From: an uncultured Ignavibacteriales bacterium
GTDB taxonomy: Bacteria; Bacteroidota; Ignavibacteria; Ignavibacteriales; Ignavibacteriaceae
Direction of reading: 5' to 3'
Length of the DNA stretch: 64,000 nt
Assembly (NCBI GenBank): GCA_903929035.1
Contig: CAIYTF010000084.1
Span: 13,938-77,937, forward strand
A program made the translations under genes and the position numbers. Shown here one piece after another: positions 30,589 to 41,031 of this stretch (position 1 is its first letter; every line of letters begins with the position of its first letter). The notes under the pieces are model-generated. The model did not search any database. It was not told the DNA's origin and worked only from the letters and a program-made list of their open reading frames with translations.

Positions 30589-30741
30589 ATTTATCCTTTT
30601 CTTTTATGATAGATTTATTAGTTTGAATGATTTCAAATCGTTCATACCCACGCGAGGGTATAAATCGTTTCATTTATTTTTTACCTTATTTATTAAGTGA
30701 ATTATAATGTAATTCATTAAATAATTAGGATTACTGACTGC

Positions 30742-30770
30742 AATATATAAATAATTAAGTAACAGTGCAA
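30742..30770 (-). promoter_or_regulatory. Putative sigma70-type promoter for amtB
   Basis: Minus strand TTGCAC-N17-TATATT(G). Confidence 0.5.
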
Positions 30771-30918
30771 GTATTTTGATAATAAATTAGTAAAAAAATC
30801 TATTCCGCCTTAGTTTATTAGGTGTGGTTACTTTGAATAGTAATCCATTATGTTAAAAAGCAATTGCTAAAGATTGGAAAATATATGATTATTGCAGAAA
30901 CATTACTTTTAAATATCA

Positions 30919-31896
30919 ATGAACATAATAGACAGAATAACCGCTAAAACACGGATCAATCAATTCGCATCAAACAGAATACCTTTTATTGTTATTATCA
31001 ATTTCGAGGTTGATGAAATATATGTTGAGCGGCTTAGTACATTGAACAGCGTGAATATATTATATGATTTTAAAGGGAAAACTAATTTCACTGTTCAATC
31101 GGCTATCACGGAAATACAATTACAGTCTTATCCTGAATCGTTCGCGGTTTATTATGAAAAATTTGCTAAAGTTAAAGAGGCATTAAATGAAGGGGATACA
31201 TATCTATTAAACCTGACTTCTAAAACACGGGTAAAAACGCATTCTTCATTGCAGAATATTTTTTTCGCGGCAAAAGCAAAGTATAAGTTGTGGGTGGAGG
31301 ATAAGTTCGCGGTTTTTTCACCGGAAACATTTATTGAAATAAAAGATAATAAAATATTCACGTATCCGATGAAGGGTACTATTAATGCAGCTATTCCGGA
31401 TGCAGAAAAAGTAATACTTGATAACTTAAAAGAAACCGCGGAACAAGTAACTATAGTGGATTTATTAAGAAATGATTTGAGTATTGTTTCGCGTAACGCG
31501 CGCGTTCATCGTTTCAGGTTTATTGATAAAATCATAACCCGAGAAAAAGAAATTATTCAGGTAAGCTCTGAAATTGCCGGTGATCTTACCGCTGATTATC
31601 GACAGCATCTGGGTGACATATTGTTTAGTCTCTTACCGGCAGGAAGCATCTCAGGGGCACCTAAAAAACGTACTGTTGAATTGATTCGAGAAATAGAAGG
31701 TATAGAGCGAGGTTTCTATACAGGTATTTGCGGTATCTTTGATGGTGAAAATTTTGACAGCTGCGTGCTTATACGATTTATTGAAAAAACCCAAAGCGGA
31801 TTGTTTTTCAGGAGCGGCGGCGGTATTACACATTTGAGTAATGCCGAGGAAGAATACAAAGAAATGATCGAGAAGATATATGTCCCTGTTACTTGA
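30919..31896 (+). CDS. pabB: Aminodeoxychorismate synthase component I (short form)
   Basis: SPETF, PMKGT, IVDLLRNDL, PAGSISGAPK, GGGIT. Confidence 0.88.
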   Translation: MNIIDRITAKTRINQFASNRIPFIVIINFEVDEIYVERLSTLNSVNILYDFKGKTNFTVQSAITEIQLQSYPESFAVYYEKFAKVKEALNEGDTYLLNLTSKTRVKTHSSLQNIFFAAKAKYKLWVEDKFAVFSPETFIEIKDNKIFTYPMKGTINAAIPDAEKVILDNLKETAEQVTIVDLLRNDLSIVSRNARVHRFRFIDKIITREKEIIQVSSEIAGDLTADYRQHLGDILFSLLPAGSISGAPKKRTVELIREIEGIERGFYTGICGIFDGENFDSCVLIRFIEKTQSGLFFRSGGGITHLSNAEEEYKEMIEKIYVPVT

Positions 31897-32500
31897 AACT
31901 ATTAGATGCCGGAACGGGGTGCTTGAAAATCTAAAATATCACGAAGAAAGATTGAACAAAAGTAGAGAGATATTATTTAATTCAACAGACAGACTTTCTA
32001 TTATGTCATTTCTTTCCCACTATGAAATTCCAAAGCAAGGTCTGTATAAGTGCCGAATAATTTATGAACAACAATTTTTTAATGTTGAATTTGATCAATA
32101 TCAGCGCAAAGAAATATCTTCAATTGGGATTGTATATTCAGATTCAATTGAATACCATCATAAATTCGCGGATAGAAGCAAGCTGCAATCACTGCTGGAA
32201 TATTCCGGCAAAGATGAAATAATTATTGTAAAAAACGAATTAATTACAGATACATCGTATTCAAATATAGTGTTTGTTTTAGGAACTGCCGACTCTTGTG
32301 ATGCAAATTCCCTCATAACTCCCCGCGCTCCGCTCTTGCAAGGAACACAACGGCAAAAGCTGCTTGATGAAAAAAAGATTATATTAGGTGATGTTGGTGT
32401 TAAAGATTTAGTTAATTTTAGGGGAATGATTTTGATTAACTCAATGCTCGCTATTGGTGAAAGTCCTATTTTGCCAATAAGCATTGTGCAATTATATTGA
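31880..32500 (+). CDS. Class IV aminotransferase-like protein, probable ADC lyase
   Basis: LLETIR...H..R, ITDTSYSN, LLQGTQR, INS motifs; overlaps pabB. Confidence 0.75.
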   Translation: MSLLLETIRCRNGVLENLKYHEERLNKSREILFNSTDRLSIMSFLSHYEIPKQGLYKCRIIYEQQFFNVEFDQYQRKEISSIGIVYSDSIEYHHKFADRSKLQSLLEYSGKDEIIIVKNELITDTSYSNIVFVLGTADSCDANSLITPRAPLLQGTQRQKLLDEKKIILGDVGVKDLVNFRGMILINSMLAIGESPILPISIVQLY

Positions 32501-32694
32501 TTTTATAACAAAATTCTAAATATTTGTATGAGGCAGTATATGAGACCGGTACTATTTCCTTTGTTTGTAAACTTATTAGTAACATTACCATCAAAGCGGA
32601 ATACATCTGCAGCAGGGGATGAGGATCCTTTTCGCGGATATATTAAAATATAGATAAATGATTTTTCTTAAATATATGATTGAGAAGCAACGGA

Positions 32695-33972
32695 ATGATT
32701 GACCTACTGATTCTCTGTATATTATTGGTTTTTCACGGAGTATTTGCACTAATTGAGATTTCATTTATTTCGTCAAAAAAAATTAGACTGCAGGAACGCT
32801 TAAGAAAAGGGAATAAGTCAGCGGGCATTGTTTTGCGTTTACTTACTACTCCTGAAAGATTACTTTCCACAATTCAGTTTTGGATAACTGTTTTAGGTAT
32901 TGTCGCGGGTGTCTATGGCGGCGCGAGTTTTGCAAATAAAATTGAACCGTTTATCGCGCTAATACCGTTTGTCTCTGCTTATGCGATGCAGGTATCTTAT
33001 ATTTTGGTTGCATCTTTCCTGACATACCTTTCGGTAATTATCGGGGATCTCGTACCAAAATCTATTGGTTTGACTAATCCTGAAAAATTTGCAATATTCT
33101 TTGCGCGGTTTATGGTTATAGCCGAAAAAATAAGCCTGCCTGTTGTTCATATATTCAGTCTTTCGACTCGAACAATTTTAAAATTGCTAATTGTTCGCGG
33201 TAAAGATGAACCTCCGGTCACCGCGGATGAATTAAAACTGCTAATATATGAGGCAAATCAACACGGGGTATTAGAAAGCAGGGAAACAGAATATATTCAG
33301 AGTTTACTTCGATTACATAGTTTGACAGCAGCGGAAATAATGAAGCCTTTGGAGCAGATAAGCTGGATAAATTATTCTGATTCTTTTGAGACCATTCATC
33401 AAATAATTTTAAGCCGTTTGCACGCGAGATATCCTGTATATGAAGCCAATTATGACAATGTAGTTGGTATTATTTCAGCAAATGAATTTATGTCAAAATA
33501 TCACAAAAGCGGTGAATTTAAATTAGAAGAAATTCTGGATGATCCTCTAATAGTATCTTCTGAAATTGATGCAATTAAATTACTTGATCAATTTAGAATG
33601 ATGCGGAGGTATTTGGCTATTGTCGCTGATGATAACAGAGTAACTAAAGGTATTATCACGCTTCACGATCTAATTGAAACTATTGTTGGTAAACTTCCTG
33701 ATTTTTATGAAACTGAAGATGATCGATTTTATGTCAGAGATGATGGTTCGGTTCTGTTGGATGCAGATGTTACAATAGAAGAAGTAAAAAAATTATTAAC
33801 TATGGAGCCTGCTATAACCGATAACAAAACTCTAAACGTAGCAATGTATGATTACGCGGGACGTATTCCAAGAGTTGGCGATAAATTTACAATGAGCGGG
33901 TATGAGTTTGAAATTGTTGATATGGATGGGGCACGGGTTGATAAAGTGATGGCGAAAAAAATACAAGGATAG
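32695..33972 (+). CDS. Hemolysin/CNNM family protein (DUF21-CBS-CorC)
   Basis: N-terminal TM DUF21 region (GDLVPK), CBS pair, C-terminal FEIVDMDGARVDKV. Confidence 0.9.
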   Translation: MIDLLILCILLVFHGVFALIEISFISSKKIRLQERLRKGNKSAGIVLRLLTTPERLLSTIQFWITVLGIVAGVYGGASFANKIEPFIALIPFVSAYAMQVSYILVASFLTYLSVIIGDLVPKSIGLTNPEKFAIFFARFMVIAEKISLPVVHIFSLSTRTILKLLIVRGKDEPPVTADELKLLIYEANQHGVLESRETEYIQSLLRLHSLTAAEIMKPLEQISWINYSDSFETIHQIILSRLHARYPVYEANYDNVVGIISANEFMSKYHKSGEFKLEEILDDPLIVSSEIDAIKLLDQFRMMRRYLAIVADDNRVTKGIITLHDLIETIVGKLPDFYETEDDRFYVRDDGSVLLDADVTIEEVKKLLTMEPAITDNKTLNVAMYDYAGRIPRVGDKFTMSGYEFEIVDMDGARVDKVMAKKIQG

Positions 33973-33975
33973 AAA

Positions 33976-34008
33976 GAAAAGGGTACTATGAAAATAAGTC
34001 CCCTTTTC
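33976..34008. terminator. Bidirectional terminator-like hairpin
   Basis: GAAAAGGG...CCCTTTTC between convergent genes. Confidence 0.5.
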
Positions 34009-34025
34009 AATTTAATATAGCTGAC

Positions 34026-34346
34026 CTAGAAAAACTTTTGAATTCTTTGTACGATATTTTGTTTTTGGGTGTTGCCCATAATTCTGTCAACTTCTTGACC
34101 GCCTTTAAATATAATCAATGTAGGAATCGCGCGAACGCCGTATTTCATAGCTACTTGATTATTTTCATCCACATCAACTTTACCGACAAGCACTTTGCCA
34201 TCGTATTCATTCGCGATTTCTTCAATAATAGGGGCAATTGCCTTGCACGGTCCGCACCAGACAGCCCAAAAGTCTATTAACGATAATTTACCTGATAAAA
34301 GTATATCCTTTTCAAACGAATCATCGGTTACAGTGATAGGTTTCAT
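34026..34346 (-). CDS. trxA: Thioredoxin
   Basis: WAVWCGPC active site; AIPTL. Confidence 0.96.
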   Translation of the reverse strand: MKPITVTDDSFEKDILLSGKLSLIDFWAVWCGPCKAIAPIIEEIANEYDGKVLVGKVDVDENNQVAMKYGVRAIPTLIIFKGGQEVDRIMGNTQKQNIVQRIQKFF

Positions 34347-34374
34347 ATTTTATTTCCTTAACTATTTTTTATTT

Positions 34375-35211
34375 TTATTCTTCAAAATTTAAGTTGCCGT
34401 TTTGACCAACGAAATTAACAACATCTTCACCGCCATCGGCATTAATAAGTCCGCCGGAAATCCATTCACCGCCATCACGGCAAATTAGGGATATAACTTT
34501 CGCGACATCTTCCGGAGTAGTCAATCTATTGCGTGGATTCTTTCTTCGTGCAACAGAAATCATTGATGCATTTCCGGGAATTTTTCTAAGTGCAGCGGTA
34601 TCTGTTACGCCTGCCATAATAGCAAGTACTGCAGTCTCTAAATAGCCAAGCTCTGTTGAAAGCTGGCGCACGTGTGATTCCAAAGCAGCTTTTGCCGCGG
34701 AAACAGCACCATAATAGGGAATTGCCGAGTGCCCGCCTGATGAAGTCATCGCGAAAATTCTTGATTTTTCCACGAGCATTCCGTTTGTCACTAAATCCTG
34801 AGTCCAATATACAAGTGAGTGCGCCATTACGTCAAGCGTCATTTCCATTTGAGCTTTGGATAGAGCAACCTCTCCCTCTCGCGGGATGAATGCTTTAAGT
34901 GAGCCAAACGCGAGGGAGTGGATGAGAACTTTCACTTTTGGTTTACCCCCTGTATGTGATAAGAACGCTTTTAGCACTTCTTTTCTTTTCACTTCATCGG
35001 CTGCATTGATATTATAAAACAGTGCCTCTACGCCGTGAGATTTTATATCAGTTATTATAGCTTCAACATTAGGAAGTGTTGCGGCACGGTCAAGGTGTAC
35101 ACCGAGAATGTTATATCCATCCGCGGCAAGCTGCTTTGCAGCTGCTCCGCCGAATCCGGAAGATGCACCGAGAACCAATGCCCAATATTGACTATTGTTC
35201 GAATTATCCAT
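34375..35211 (-). CDS. SDR oxidoreductase (enoyl-ACP reductase FabL-like)
   Basis: LGASSGFG Rossmann motif; YGAVSAAKAALE (Y-x6-K ENR-type motif). Confidence 0.8.
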   Translation of the reverse strand: MDNSNNSQYWALVLGASSGFGGAAAKQLAADGYNILGVHLDRAATLPNVEAIITDIKSHGVEALFYNINAADEVKRKEVLKAFLSHTGGKPKVKVLIHSLAFGSLKAFIPREGEVALSKAQMEMTLDVMAHSLVYWTQDLVTNGMLVEKSRIFAMTSSGGHSAIPYYGAVSAAKAALESHVRQLSTELGYLETAVLAIMAGVTDTAALRKIPGNASMISVARRKNPRNRLTTPEDVAKVISLICRDGGEWISGGLINADGGEDVVNFVGQNGNLNFEE

Positions 35212-35494
35212 TGAGTTGATAGTTTCCTTAATTAATTCTTTGATTATAACTTTCGATAATACAAAATTGTGAGGTTTCTTGCAAAAATGTTTGATGTTGT
35301 TACGCGTATATCTTGGAATTTAATTTAGAACCATTCTCACGCGAAAACCGCGAATATTTTTGGTGAAAACCAAATTATACCAAACCGACAACAAGATAAT
35401 CAGAAAACTAAAAGCAACGGGATACATATAAATTGGTTCTCCCCTTGGAGATTGGCGTTTGTTATGACTTATTTTTATTCACTCCTTATCTTTA

Positions 35495-36004
35495 TCAGTG
35501 AACTCTATGCTCTTTCTCTTTAAGTTCGTCTTTCGGCGGTTTGCGACCAAATATCTCGACCAAAATCGGTTTGAACTTTTCTTTTTGTTCGGGAGTGCAT
35601 ATTGATAGAATATCAGTGAAATGCTTAAAGCGTATCATTTCCACCATTGATTGCAATTCACCAATTTCCTTGCTTTTTGCAGCCACGAGAGCAGTATCCG
35701 GATTTTGATTGAATATCTCTTCAGCTATTTCTTTCTTTAAGATAGTTAAACGATCATTATACTCCCGAGACTGCTCAAGTTGATTATCCCGCGTTTTTCC
35801 GATCCAAACAGCCTGTGAATCAGTTAGATTTAGAACCTCTTTCATTAAATTAACCGATTCGGACATTCGATAACCACTGTTATTTTGCCGCGGTTCATCT
35901 TTCGTAAATGTCTGCATCCACAAAATTGAAAGGGCAACAATATTAATAAAAAATAAAATCACTATCATCCAGTTTTTGAATCTGTTTTGATTTACAATGT
36001 CCAT
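35495..36004 (-). CDS. Spy/CpxP-like periplasmic protein
   Basis: N-terminal TM segment; LNLTDSQ and CTPEQKEK (LTxxQ-type) motifs; start placed at MDIVNQ. Confidence 0.75.
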   Translation of the reverse strand: MDIVNQNRFKNWMIVILFFINIVALSILWMQTFTKDEPRQNNSGYRMSESVNLMKEVLNLTDSQAVWIGKTRDNQLEQSREYNDRLTILKKEIAEEIFNQNPDTALVAAKSKEIGELQSMVEMIRFKHFTDILSICTPEQKEKFKPILVEIFGRKPPKDELKEKEHRVH

Positions 36005-36014
36005 TTTGCTCTTT

Positions 36015-36335
36015 CTAAAAAATACTTGGCGAATGCTCAAACTGAAAATCCGCTTTCATTTCTCTGACAAGTTTTTCCCGCGTATTGTGTTTTGCATTCC
36101 ATTCAAAATAATAAACCATAGTTACTAGATTAATTATAATAATGGCAAATAATAACGCTTGATTCAGACCTAATATCGCCTGCAAGCCTTTTTTTCGCCC
36201 ATTTGATAATTTTTTTCTCTCTTCTTCTATTCTCGTGAGCAAAAAAGGATTTTCCTCGAGAATGAAATCGTTATCAAACGATAGAAGTGTTTTTTCAACT
36301 TCTTCGGCTATTTGGTATTCTTTTTTCATATTCAT
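36015..36335 (-). CDS. Small single-TM protein, probable anti-sigma factor
   Basis: ENPFLLTRI motif plus one TM helix; directly after ECF sigma. Confidence 0.6.
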   Translation of the reverse strand: MNMKKEYQIAEEVEKTLLSFDNDFILEENPFLLTRIEEERKKLSNGRKKGLQAILGLNQALLFAIIIINLVTMVYYFEWNAKHNTREKLVREMKADFQFEHSPSIF

Positions 36336-36347
36336 ACTATGCCATTT

Positions 36348-36923
36348 TTACAAATGATTTTTATAATAGTTAAAAAGCTTCTTTCTCAGGTTTGTTTTTG
36401 CCCTATGAATTAGGGACTCAACCGATGATATGGTAGTATCCATTATTAAGGATATTTCTTCATAATTCATTTCGTCATACTTGCTGAGCGTAAAAGCTAT
36501 TCTCTGATTTTCCGGTAGTTTTTCAAGTGCCCTGCTCAATATTTCAGCTCTATCGCGATTCTCAAAATCTTTTTCAGGACTCATACTTATCGGCGCGGGG
36601 ATTTGTTTTTCAACTCCGCTATCGTCAAATAAACTCGTAAGTATCGCGAAACGCTTTTTTCTTTTTTGACTCTTCAATTGATTTAAGGATTTTGAAATTG
36701 CGATCCTGTAAATCCAAGTTGATAACTTAGAGTCCGCTCTAAATGTAAGTATTGATTTAAATACTTCTAAAAAGACTTCCTGAGTAACATCTTCCGCGGA
36801 CTCCCTGTTTCGTAAAAACTTATATGAACAATTCAGAACAAGTTTTTGATACTTTCCCACGACAAAACGAAAAGCAGCAGCATCTCCGCTTTTAAGTTTT
36901 TCGATTATTTCCGGATCATCCAT
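36348..36923 (-). CDS. ECF-type RNA polymerase sigma factor
   Basis: AEDVTQEVF, STWIYRIA, LPENQR, SVESLIHRA. Confidence 0.95.
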   Translation of the reverse strand: MDDPEIIEKLKSGDAAAFRFVVGKYQKLVLNCSYKFLRNRESAEDVTQEVFLEVFKSILTFRADSKLSTWIYRIAISKSLNQLKSQKRKKRFAILTSLFDDSGVEKQIPAPISMSPEKDFENRDRAEILSRALEKLPENQRIAFTLSKYDEMNYEEISLIMDTTISSVESLIHRAKTNLRKKLFNYYKNHL

Positions 36924-37021
36924 TAAAGATTGTTTCAGTACTAATTATATTTGACAACAAATTTAACAAAAACTTGCGTTACCGGAATATTACACCGAAA
37001 GAATCGTTACTTTCATTCCCC

Positions 37022-39289
37022 CTAAAATTCAAACGAAACTCCGATAGACGGCAATAGTCCTATGGATTTCGCTTCTTCCGCTCGGTTTTCTCTTTTATTC
37101 CATCGCATCCCGCTTAAATTTTTGTGATTGTATATATTTTGCAAATCCAAATACGTGATTAAAGTGTATTTTTCATAGAACCATCGCTTGTCAACGCGAA
37201 TATCCAAGCTATGTGCTGCTTCTAAACGAAGGGTATTATATTTTGCAGGTGATTGTGTTCCATCGATTTCAAATGGCGTGTACGGGCGGCCTGAAGCGAA
37301 ACGGAATTTCATACTTGCTTCGAGAGATTTATCAAACTGATATCCGCCGCTAATATTGAAAATAATATTCTGATCATACGAGCCGGAGCGTTCAATATTA
37401 TCAAGAGCGATAAATTTTGTAGAGCCGTAAGTGATACTTAGCAGTCCATAGCAGGGAATTTCGGAAAGTTTCTTTTGTGCCGAGAATTCAATTCCTTGGG
37501 AATAGCCGCTTCCTCCTGAAGTGAGCGATTCAAATCCAAAAGAAGCATAATTATCTTCCGCACCGCCAAAGCCCGCGCCGGTGTTTGCCAAAGTCAAATA
37601 AGGATGCGAAACACTCACGGGATAATCAGCGTAATTTTTCCTGTATAACTCCACTTTAATTTGGGCATCACTCCGAAAACGATATTCTGTTCCAAGCACA
37701 AATTGCCTCACCGTGACCGGATTTAATCCTGTGTTACCTGCAACAAGCCAGATATAAGAAGGTGTCTGATGATAGATTCCCGCACTTCCGCTCACGGAAA
37801 ATAAATCACTAAGATCATAAGATGCGGACACACGCGGACTAACCGTGTATTTTTCTTTGATTGCATCGAAGTAATCAATTCTGATTCCGGCACCGGTTGT
37901 TATTCTTTGAGTCAGTTGATATGAAAGGTTCAAATATGCCGCGTATTTCAAGAAATTATTGCTGATAATCAATGAGTTAATAAGTAACGTATCGTTAAAA
38001 GATGTAATAAATGAAGGCAATTTCACATCCGAATCAAAGTGAATATATTTAACATCTGCACCGATAGAAGCCTCCAAGGCAGGCGCAAACTGATAACTCA
38101 ATTCCACTTTTAGCTTGTCTTCATTTTCCAATGACTTGTTTCTGAAAATAGGCTGAAGTAAAGAATCGTTTTGCATACTGTTATAGTCAACTGAATTTCT
38201 GCTTAGATACACTTTGATGAATCCCAGCGGCAATAAATAACGGTAAGACATTCCCGCGGTATATTGTAATTGGTCACTGCCAAGAACGCGCGAATTATTG
38301 AATTTTTGATCCGGCGTTGTATTGAAATATCTGACATTGTCAATCGCGCTGATGCCAAATACCGAGAACATACTTTTTTGCGAAAAATTATAGTCATATT
38401 TTGCCAGAAAGTCATAATATTCAGGTACAAATCCGAAACCTGCTGCCTTAAAAATAAAATCGAGATAACTTCTGCGTGCCGAAAATAAAAATGTGGAGTT
38501 ATCAGAAACAGGACCTTCGAGATTAAGACCGAACTGAGTTGCTGAAATGGTGGCTTTCCCGCCAAATCTATCGACTCTGCCGTCACGTAAATTAATGCGA
38601 AGAGCGGAAGACAGTTTATCCCCATAAAGTACCGGAAAACCGCCTGTCGAGAAAGTCACATCCTTTACAAAATCAAGATTAATAAAACTAAGCGGTCCGC
38701 CTGTTGCCCCTTGGGTCCCAAAATGATTAATGTTGGGAATCTCGAAACCATCGAGCAGATAAAGATTTTCGGAAGGTGCCCCGCCGCGAACAACCAGATC
38801 ATTTCTGCCTTCATCTGCTTGGGCAACACCGGGGATAATGGACAAGGCTCGTACCACATCTTCAAACCCGCCCGGCGCACGCCTGATTTCTTCATAGCCA
38901 AATGACCGCGTACTCGTTGGTTCAATATTATCTTTTGAAAAATAGTCGGCGGTGATAACTACATTTGATAGCTTGATGGTTTCTTCTTTCAAATAAAAAT
39001 CTATTTGAGCGGGCTTGCTATTGGAAACGGTAATATCCGTTTTTGTTGATGTTGTATAACCAACAGCACTAACCCTTACCTGATAGGTTCCTGGAAGTAA
39101 GTTTTTGATTGTATAACGTCCGTTTTCATCAGTAGCAACACCACTTTGGGTGGTAAGAACCACGACATTGGCAAACGGTATTCCCTTGCCGGTTTGATGA
39201 TCGGTAACCGTTCCCGTGACAGAGCCATTATTGCTCTGCATAAAAACAAGTTTCGAGAGAAGAATAATTATTAAAGCAATATTTTTCAT
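37022..39289 (-). CDS. TonB-dependent receptor with N-terminal carboxypeptidase-like domain
   Basis: Plug motif LVVRGG.PSEN.Y.LDG; GGFPVLYGDKLS; terminal SFEF. Confidence 0.9.
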   Translation of the reverse strand: MKNIALIIILLSKLVFMQSNNGSVTGTVTDHQTGKGIPFANVVVLTTQSGVATDENGRYTIKNLLPGTYQVRVSAVGYTTSTKTDITVSNSKPAQIDFYLKEETIKLSNVVITADYFSKDNIEPTSTRSFGYEEIRRAPGGFEDVVRALSIIPGVAQADEGRNDLVVRGGAPSENLYLLDGFEIPNINHFGTQGATGGPLSFINLDFVKDVTFSTGGFPVLYGDKLSSALRINLRDGRVDRFGGKATISATQFGLNLEGPVSDNSTFLFSARRSYLDFIFKAAGFGFVPEYYDFLAKYDYNFSQKSMFSVFGISAIDNVRYFNTTPDQKFNNSRVLGSDQLQYTAGMSYRYLLPLGFIKVYLSRNSVDYNSMQNDSLLQPIFRNKSLENEDKLKVELSYQFAPALEASIGADVKYIHFDSDVKLPSFITSFNDTLLINSLIISNNFLKYAAYLNLSYQLTQRITTGAGIRIDYFDAIKEKYTVSPRVSASYDLSDLFSVSGSAGIYHQTPSYIWLVAGNTGLNPVTVRQFVLGTEYRFRSDAQIKVELYRKNYADYPVSVSHPYLTLANTGAGFGGAEDNYASFGFESLTSGGSGYSQGIEFSAQKKLSEIPCYGLLSITYGSTKFIALDNIERSGSYDQNIIFNISGGYQFDKSLEASMKFRFASGRPYTPFEIDGTQSPAKYNTLRLEAAHSLDIRVDKRWFYEKYTLITYLDLQNIYNHKNLSGMRWNKRENRAEEAKSIGLLPSIGVSFEF

Positions 39290-39426
39290 TCGTGTTTTCC
39301 GTTGTTTAAATTATATGACAAGTAAAAAATAAAGATAATTCAATTCAAATACCTCAAAAAAAAATTATCCTCTTTACTTTTACACAATTTTAATTATATT
39401 TAAGAAATGAAAAAGAAATTTATTCG

Positions 39427-39582
39427 ATGTTTGGATTAATAAATAACAATAACGAGTACTCTGAACTTGGTGGAGAAATTCATCAAGACAAAAAGCGGCG
39501 TGAACGAAATGCCCTCATCATTTTTGTTGTGGCTGCTGTAATATTATTAAATGTGATACTATACTTAATAACTTCGGATTAG
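39427..39582 (+). CDS. Hypothetical 51-aa single-pass membrane protein (not in the ORF track)
   Basis: MFGLINNNNEYSELGGEIHQDKKRRERNALIIFVVAAVILLNVILYLITSD*; basic patch then about 20 hydrophobic residues. Confidence 0.5.
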   Translation: MFGLINNNNEYSELGGEIHQDKKRRERNALIIFVVAAVILLNVILYLITSD

Positions 39583-39886
39583 GCAATAAAATCAATTCTT
39601 TGCTGCTTTGAAATATGAAATAACCGGAGAGATAAATATATTATGCCGATGCAAGTAAAAGGATTTACGTCTTTAGAGTTTCCAAAAAAAAATCAATAAG
39701 ATATAAATGGAGCTAAATCAAAGGAAATAGACTCCCCTGCCGCAAGCTGCAATCCTCTCAGATTTAAAGATATAATTTTGTCTATTCGTAACGATTTAGC
39801 TTCTCTAACTACTTGTAAATCAAACAGTTATAAATATCCAAAATCTAGCATACAAATACTATTACTCTGTATCTAAATTTTAGTTT

Positions 39887-39981
39887 GTTGAGCGGATCCG
39901 AAAACGGCAGCATAGCACGGGTGGGTTTTGGCTCTGCTATGTGAACAATGCTTGTTAAGGCAAATTTGTCGCATACTCAAA
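39887..39981 (+). repeat. Dispersed hairpin repeat (attC-like), partial copy without MITE
   Basis: Aligns with 53034-53104 plus 53202-53224. Confidence 0.75.
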
Positions 39982-40060
39982 TCTCTCAAAATTATTGTTT
40001 TTTCTCTAAATATTAAGTATCTTTTGAGTATGTATTTTTTGGCAATTAACAGCAGGCTTT

Positions 40061-41002
40061 ATGGCAGGATTTAAAATATTCTCAGGAAACTCGAACAGGG
40101 CACTTGTTCTAAAAATTGCAAAGTATCTGAATGTAGAACTTGGGTTATTAGAAATCAGAAAATTCAGCGATGGTGAATTGTGGCTTAAATATGGTGAAAA
40201 TATACGCGGTTCTGAAGTCTTCTTGATTCAAACAACTATTCCGCCTGCTGAAAATTTAATGGAATTGCTTATGATGATTGATGCAGCTAAGCGTGCTTCG
40301 GCTAAAAGCATTACAGCAGTGATTCCGTATTTCGGATATTCGCGGCAAGATAGAAAAGATCAGCCGCGCGTTGCTATATCCGCTAAATTGGTGGCGAACT
40401 TGTTAACCGTTGCCGGTGCAGACAGGGTGGTGTCTATGGATTTGCACGCTTCACAAATTCAAGGTTTTTTTGATATACCGTTTGACCATCTTTATGGATC
40501 ATCGGTTTTTGTAAATAGATTTGTAAATATGATTGATAATCTCGCGGTAGTTTCGCCAGATGTTGGCGGGATTAAAGTAGCGAGAGCTTATGCAAAAAGG
40601 CTTAAAGCGAGCCTTGTTGTTATTGACAAACGCCGCCCGCGGCCAAATGTTACCGAAGTGGTAAGTATTATTGGCGATGTTAAAGGTAAAAATGTTTTGT
40701 TGGTTGATGATTTAATCGATACCGGCGGAACTATGGTGAATGCAGTTAAAGCGTTAAAATCTTATGGAGCCGAGAAAATATATATTGCCGCTACACACGG
40801 AGTTTTATCCGGCGAGGCAATAGAAAGATTAAAAGGTTCTGATGTGGAGAAAGTATTTATTTCTGACACGGTAGCTATTCCAAGCGAAAGAATTTTTGAT
40901 AAACTTGAAATTATTTCTGCAGCTCCCATTTTTGCGGAAGCAATTCACCGGATACATAAGAATGAATCAATCAGTTCGTTATTTGATAATGATAAATCGT
41001 AA
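40061..41002 (+). CDS. prs: Ribose-phosphate pyrophosphokinase
   Basis: FSDGE, PYFGYSRQDRK, DLHASQIQGFF, VDDLIDTGGT. Confidence 0.97.
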   Translation: MAGFKIFSGNSNRALVLKIAKYLNVELGLLEIRKFSDGELWLKYGENIRGSEVFLIQTTIPPAENLMELLMMIDAAKRASAKSITAVIPYFGYSRQDRKDQPRVAISAKLVANLLTVAGADRVVSMDLHASQIQGFFDIPFDHLYGSSVFVNRFVNMIDNLAVVSPDVGGIKVARAYAKRLKASLVVIDKRRPRPNVTEVVSIIGDVKGKNVLLVDDLIDTGGTMVNAVKALKSYGAEKIYIAATHGVLSGEAIERLKGSDVEKVFISDTVAIPSERIFDKLEIISAAPIFAEAIHRIHKNESISSLFDNDKS

Positions 41003-41031
41003 ACAGTTACTTGTTAGGAGTACTAAATAAA

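Noticed and set aside
30511..30673. uORF in the amtB leader (MKRFIPSRG...)
   Set aside because: Runs out of frame into amtB and has no informative codon bias
32560..32690. Metal-sensing riboswitch upstream of the CNNM gene
   Set aside because: No recognisable M-box or yybP-ykoY conserved sequence; an Rfam search would be needed
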